Origin: Tubulanus polymorphus
Taxonomy: Eukaryota; Animalia; Nemertea
Assembly: GCF_964204645.1 (NCBI RefSeq)
Contig: NC_134026.1
Location: 7,711,950-7,775,949, forward strand
Direction of reading: 5' to 3'
DNA: 64,000 nt
In this document: in pieces, positions 63,220 to 64,000 of the stretch
Layout of the letters: every line of letters starts with the position of its first letter
Position numbering within the stretch: the stretch's first letter is position 1
Translations under genes and position numbers: made by a program
The notes under the pieces: model-generated
The model's database searches: none
The model's input: the letters and a program-made list of their open reading frames with translations, nothing else
Told to the model about the DNA's origin: nothing

Positions 63220-63807
63220 CGATAGCTGTAGAAGTGGAGCGTATGTGTGTGTGTGTGTGTTTGCAGCCTGTAGCGAGCTCCAGATTGATATATATTTGTT
63301 GACTATAATCCTAAAAGAGACTGAAACGTGATGAACCCAGCTACCTGATTTTCCCCTTGCGGCCAAACTAAGAACCTACTGATGTAGCTAGCCCTCCTCG
63401 GGCCAACTTTCTCTCTCTCAAACAGTTAATCTTCCCAAAACCTTAGAATAATCCAACAGTAATAATTTTTAGAAAACTTTGCAGCTTAACTGTATAAACA
63501 GGGCTTTAATAATTTCAGGAAATATGATATGTAGTTTTTTATGTTACGTCTTGGGGCGAGCAGATATTTGAATAAAGTTTAAAAGTTTTTGCTTTTTCCA
63601 TTTTCTTCACGAGTTGATGTAATGTGCCTAGCGCACGTTCACAATGATCAGAGAAAACATACATAAAAACGAAATTTCCCTTTTATTAAGAATGTTTTTA
63701 GAATGATGCTTTAAATTACTTTATTGACGGTACATGTTTTCAATTGACCAGTTTGACGCCAACTACTTCAAAAAATCCAAACTCTAATGAGACAGTAATC
63801 AACAATC

Positions 63808-63935
63808 CAGGACCCAGTTCCACAGTAATGGAGGTTAGGTTTGAGTCACATTTACCTGACTAGAACTTTGGAACTGTGGCCGAAACTGATATAAGACTGT
63901 GGAACCATAGAACCGGTGGAACACTGTGGAAATGT
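63808..63935. mobile_element. MITE-like element, family A, with reiterated right ends
   Basis: caggacccagttccacagta followed by several (a)ctgtggaa(c) right-end motifs. Other fragments lie at ~31-41, 10584-10597, 29851-29922 and 62693-62760. Confidence 0.55.
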
Positions 63936-64000
63936 GCCTAAAAATTGTATCTGGTAGTTTATAATGTTGCACTATTCACCATTTCTAGAAATGACGGCGT

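Overview
Eukaryotic genomic DNA: spliceosomal introns, microsatellites, MITEs and tRNA-derived SINE remnants, with no operon-like gene density. It is most likely from an invertebrate bilaterian; spiralian is a guess, not demonstrated. The only protein-coding sequence I can support is the 5' end of a transcription factor AP-2 (TFAP2) gene on the minus strand. It has a putative first coding exon (2270-2473, with a Gln/His tract) and a clear exon 2 (1195-1659, containing [11 protein letters not shown]). The DNA-binding and dimerisation exons must lie left of the window. The remaining ~61 kb upstream has no recognisable protein gene and looks like the regulatory desert of a developmental transcription factor. 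It holds two identical tRNA-Arg(ACG) genes, at least three families of short inverted-repeat elements, minisatellites, simple repeats and clusters of transcription-factor motifs. The best candidates for something undescribed are: (i) a possible alternative TATA promoter or stop-containing 96-nt cassette exon in AP-2 intron 1; (ii) a candidate boundary made of tDNA, free B-boxes and CTCF-like motifs at 17.5-24.6 kb; (iii) a G-U-containing hairpin at 43.55 kb with directly fused Pol III A and B boxes; (iv) a MITE whose internal unit has expanded into a higher-order satellite. All four are hypotheses from motif reading. No CRISPR array, autonomous transposon or ribozyme could be supported.
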